Origin: a virus
Taxonomy: Duplodnaviria > Caudoviricetes
Length of the DNA stretch: 26,825 nucleotides
Virus record (IMG/VR): IMGVR_UViG_3300032218_002454
Span: 1 to 26,825 of that record
Direction: 5' to 3' (one strand)
The notes under the pieces are model-generated. The model searched no databases and had not been told where the DNA came from. It saw only the letters and a list, made by a program, of their open reading frames with translations. The translations under genes and the position numbers were made by a program. This document shows positions 23,975 through 26,825 of the stretch, one piece after another (position 1 is the first letter of the stretch; each line of letters starts with the position of its first letter).

Positions 23975-24664
23975 ATGACCTTAGATCTTCATAACTTTTT
24001 TAAGTATTATGATGATACGAATGAAAACCATGTAGCAGCAGTTCAATGGTTAGAAGATAACCTTCCTGCTGAATATATGGATGATTCAGAAACAGAATGG
24101 ATCAAAATTTTTAGAACTAAACCACCTACTCCACCAGTATTGGCAGTTCCATATTTCAATCAAGTAGATAACTATAGAGATGCACATAGGACTTGCAACT
24201 CTTCATCGTGCGCTATGTGTTTGGAGTTTCTCAAACCAGGCACTCTTAAAGGTGCAAAAGGTGATGATGCTTACGTTCAAAAAGTGTTCGCAATTGGTGA
24301 TTCAACTGATCACGAAGTACAGACAAAAGTTCTTGCTTCTTATGGCGTTAAGTCACATTTTAGTTACAACCTTGGGTTTGCTGATATTGATAGAGAGCTT
24401 GCTGCTGGGCGCCCCTTGGTTATCGGTATCCTCCACCGTGGTCCTCTTTCTGCTCCAACTGGCGGTCACATGGTCGTAGTGATTGGTACTACTCCTGATC
24501 TCAAAGGATATTATATCAACGATCCTTATGGATCGTTAAATGATAACTATACTGGTCCAGTTGAGCATGGTAAAAAAACAATCTATACCAAAGATGTTCT
24601 CAAGTATCGTTGGTTAGATCAGGGCAAACCTGGCACAGGCTGGGGTCGTATTTTCGGTTCGTAA
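23975..24664 (+). CDS. C39-like cysteine peptidase (probable peptidoglycan hydrolase)
   Basis: L.VPYFNQ.D, RTCNSSSCAM (Cys), GGHMVVVIG (His) and INDPYG (Asp). GAGG RBS and CTAAATA upstream. Confidence 0.85.
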   Translation: MTLDLHNFFKYYDDTNENHVAAVQWLEDNLPAEYMDDSETEWIKIFRTKPPTPPVLAVPYFNQVDNYRDAHRTCNSSSCAMCLEFLKPGTLKGAKGDDAYVQKVFAIGDSTDHEVQTKVLASYGVKSHFSYNLGFADIDRELAAGRPLVIGILHRGPLSAPTGGHMVVVIGTTPDLKGYYINDPYGSLNDNYTGPVEHGKKTIYTKDVLKYRWLDQGKPGTGWGRIFGS

Positions 24665-24682
24665 TTATCAGGAGACAGAACA

Positions 24683-25333
24683 ATGGCAAAAGTAGATTTA
24701 CATAACTTTTTCAAGTTTTATGATGAAAAGAATGAAAATCATGTAAAAGGAGTTCAATGGTTAGAAGATCATCTTCCAGTTCAATATTTGGAAGATAAGG
24801 CAGAATGGGCGGAGATCTTTAGAAAAAAGACTGAAGCTGTAGCAGCATCTGCCGCTGCAGCATCTGGTGATGATGTTCCTGCAGCAGGTCTTCAATTGAT
24901 TAAACAATTTGAAGGTTGCAGATTGAATGCATATCCAGATCCTCTCACAGGAGGACTTCCAATTACGATTGGTTGGGGATGCACCAGAGATAAGAATGGT
25001 GGTCCATTTAGATTGGGTCAAACCATTACTCAAGCAGAAGCAGATTCATTATTGATGGATGAATGCCGTAAAAACTTCCTTCCAGCACTTCGTAAAATTC
25101 CACATTGGAATGAAATGAGTGATGGGCAAAGAGGTGCATTACTTTCTTTCGCTTATAACTTAGGTGCAGGTTTTTATGGTAGTGGAGATTTTAATACCAT
25201 TACCACAAGACTGAAGAATAAAGAATGGGATAAAGTTCCTGATGCTTTATATCTCTATCGCAATCCTGGTTCAAATGTAGAAGCAGGACTTGCTCGTAGA
25301 AGAAAGGCAGAAGGTGAATCGTGGAAGAAGTAA
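24683..25333 (+). CDS. GH24 lysozyme / endolysin
   Basis: LIKQFEGCRLNAYPD (E-x8-D), TIGWG, ALLSFAYNLG and GLARRRKAE. Confidence 0.93.
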   Translation: MAKVDLHNFFKFYDEKNENHVKGVQWLEDHLPVQYLEDKAEWAEIFRKKTEAVAASAAAASGDDVPAAGLQLIKQFEGCRLNAYPDPLTGGLPITIGWGCTRDKNGGPFRLGQTITQAEADSLLMDECRKNFLPALRKIPHWNEMSDGQRGALLSFAYNLGAGFYGSGDFNTITTRLKNKEWDKVPDALYLYRNPGSNVEAGLARRRKAEGESWKK

Positions 25334-25334
25334 A

Positions 25335-25799
25335 ATGAAAACATTCCAGGAATTTCTAAATGAAGCATCTAGTTGTCAAAAAACTAGTATAGAAGAGTTT
25401 GAAAAACTTGTTCATAAGTTTCTTCCTTTTGTTTTTAAGGAATTAAAACTCAAAACAATTCCTCCTCTTCATTTTAAAAATGGGAAGGAAGGACTTCATG
25501 TAAAAAATATTCCTGGAATTACAATTGTTAAAAATTCAGGATTTAGTCAAGTTAAGGGAACATTTGGTCAGACAAGTCAACATAATAGAATTGTGGTAAA
25601 TATTGAAAATAGACAACCCTTGGATGCTTTAAGAACTCTTGGTCATGAATTAGTTCATTACCACCAACATATTACTGGTGTTCATGGAACTGGTGAAACT
25701 GGAAGTCCAACAGAAAATGAAGCAAATGTACGATCTGCTATTATGATGAGAAACTTTGATTTCTCACATCCAGATGTTTTCAAAATGCCTCCTTTGTAA
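25335..25799 (+). CDS. HExxH zinc-metallopeptidase-like protein, possibly packaged in the head
   Basis: RTLGHELVHYHQ and ENEAN, with an N-terminal MKTFQEFLNE. The start is moved to ATG 25335. Confidence 0.7.
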   Translation: MKTFQEFLNEASSCQKTSIEEFEKLVHKFLPFVFKELKLKTIPPLHFKNGKEGLHVKNIPGITIVKNSGFSQVKGTFGQTSQHNRIVVNIENRQPLDALRTLGHELVHYHQHITGVHGTGETGSPTENEANVRSAIMMRNFDFSHPDVFKMPPL

Positions 25800-25824
25800 T
25801 AAGTAAAAACTATTCAAAATAAAA

Positions 25825-26211
25825 ATGAAACTTTTAAAAATTGGTGCAGTAATTGCTGCCCTCTCATTAGCAACACTTGCTGTTAAAGCAGATGTTATTG
25901 TTGGAGTTCATGATGGAGATACTGTAACTACAGCATCTGGTGAAAAGATTCGTCTTGCTTGTATTGATGCTCCAGAAGTAACCAATAACAAGCACGGTAA
26001 AAAAGATCCAATTGGTGGTCCAGCAGCACAAAAATGGTTGTCTGATTTAGTTCTAAATCAAGATATTAAGATTGAAAGAGTTACTAAAGATCTTTATGGT
26101 AGAACTGTTGGACGCCTCTTTCTTGCTGATGGAACTGAAATTAACCAGCAAGCAGTAGCAACTGGTCATGCTGTAGTTTATATGCCAAAGGCATGTCCTT
26201 GGACTAAATAG
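25825..26211 (+). CDS. Secreted thermonuclease (SNase fold)
   Basis: A signal peptide ending AVKA, then DGDT, IRLACIDAPE and DLYGR. Confidence 0.9.
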   Translation: MKLLKIGAVIAALSLATLAVKADVIVGVHDGDTVTTASGEKIRLACIDAPEVTNNKHGKKDPIGGPAAQKWLSDLVLNQDIKIERVTKDLYGRTVGRLFLADGTEINQQAVATGHAVVYMPKACPWTK

Positions 26212-26257
26212 GATAGAATAAATTATCTAAAGTGAGTTCACCACTATTTTAGATACA

Positions 26258-26620
26258 ATGGCCGATTCAACAAATAAAAGAGAAAGAGCTATGGGACAGT
26301 TAATTCGTGTTGCAATTTTGAGTTGGTCTGCAGCTCTTTTGACTGCTAGTTATGCAGGACTTCTTGCTAAAATGGATCCAACTTTTATTGCGACGGTATT
26401 TACTGCTTCTGCTGCAACCTTTGGTATTAATACACTAAAGAATGATAAACAGGAAGATGCCAAACGAGATTCCGAACCTGCAATCACCGCAGTTGAACCA
26501 ACTCCAGAACTTACCGAACCAACAATTGAACCAGTTGTCGCAACTGAATCAACCGAAGGTTGTCCAACCTGTGGAGATTCCCCAGACTACAGTAGAGCAT
26601 CTGCCTCAACACAAGTTTGA
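26258..26620 (+). CDS. Two-TM membrane protein with an acidic Pro/Thr tail (holin candidate)
   Basis: VAILSWSAALLTASYAGL and DPTFIATVFTASAATFGI; CTAAATA upstream. Confidence 0.65.
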   Translation: MADSTNKRERAMGQLIRVAILSWSAALLTASYAGLLAKMDPTFIATVFTASAATFGINTLKNDKQEDAKRDSEPAITAVEPTPELTEPTIEPVVATESTEGCPTCGDSPDYSRASASTQV

Positions 26621-26825
26621 ATTTCCAGTTATAAGGGATCTGGGGCGTCCTATAGTGAACGTTCCAGATCCTTCTTTGTCTTATCCTGTTTTAACTGTGC
26701 CAACACAGGAAGAATTTGATGCTGCCGTAAAAGCAGAACATGAAAAGAAGGAAAAGGAAGAAGAACAAAAGGAACGAAAACTTCCCGATTCAAAACCAGT
26801 AATTCCACAGATCCAAATTCCTGCT
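26457..26825 (+). CDS. Pro/Gln/Glu-rich protein, 5' part (runs off the window end; not in the ORF track)
   Basis: AGGA before ATG 26457, then 123 codons without a stop: MPNEIPNLQ...YPVLTVPTQEEFDAAVKAE... Confidence 0.7.
   Translation, partial: MPNEIPNLQSPQLNQLQNLPNQQLNQLSQLNQPKVVQPVEIPQTTVEHLPQHKFEFPVIRDLGRPIVNVPDPSLSYPVLTVPTQEEFDAAVKAEHEKKEKEEEQKERKLPDSKPVIPQIQIPA

Noticed and set aside
717-25033. Minus-strand and alternate-frame ORFs in the track (e.g. 717-1088, 1606-1920, 7416-7727, 22988-23455, 24761-25033)
   Set aside because: They lie over well-supported + strand genes and have no recognisable motifs, so they are treated as shadow ORFs.
1-26825. Cyanobacterial chromosome or prophage origin
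   Set aside because: T4-type late promoters, single-strand dense packing, phage-type nrdAB and hli, and lysins all point to a lytic T4-like phage; no integrase or att site is seen.

Overview
This window is a segment of a T4-like cyanomyovirus genome, probably from a phage of freshwater Synechococcus/Cyanobium (inferred from gene content). Essentially all real genes are on the + strand. In order it carries: the nrdA 3' end and nrdB; a late virion-type protein; a GIY-YIG nuclease; two 2OG-Fe(II) oxygenases; a secreted lysozyme-fold protein with a structured leader; a dispersed cluster of 6 tRNAs (Arg, Asn, Thr, Gly, Ser, Pro) plus one tRNA-like element, interleaved with an HNH endonuclease, a Som-type SLH porin and Dps; a four-unit structured RNA (manA/wcaG-like) split by a 65-aa ORF; an 11.4-kb glycan cluster (gmd, fcl/colC, a ColD-like enzyme, 2x GT11, GT47, GT2, FkbM, GT6, 2x GT25-like, an epimerase, a GT23-like protein); two hli genes; and a lysis-type region (C39-like peptidase and GH24 lysozyme sharing an N-terminal module, an HExxH protein, a secreted thermonuclease, membrane proteins). 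The most notable items are the ABO-like fucose/colitose glycan pathway, the repeated pseudoknot RNA with an embedded ORF, start-sequestering hairpins on both endonuclease genes, terminators with promoters built in, and two non-canonical tRNA-shaped RNAs. All calls come from reading motifs by eye; no searches were run.
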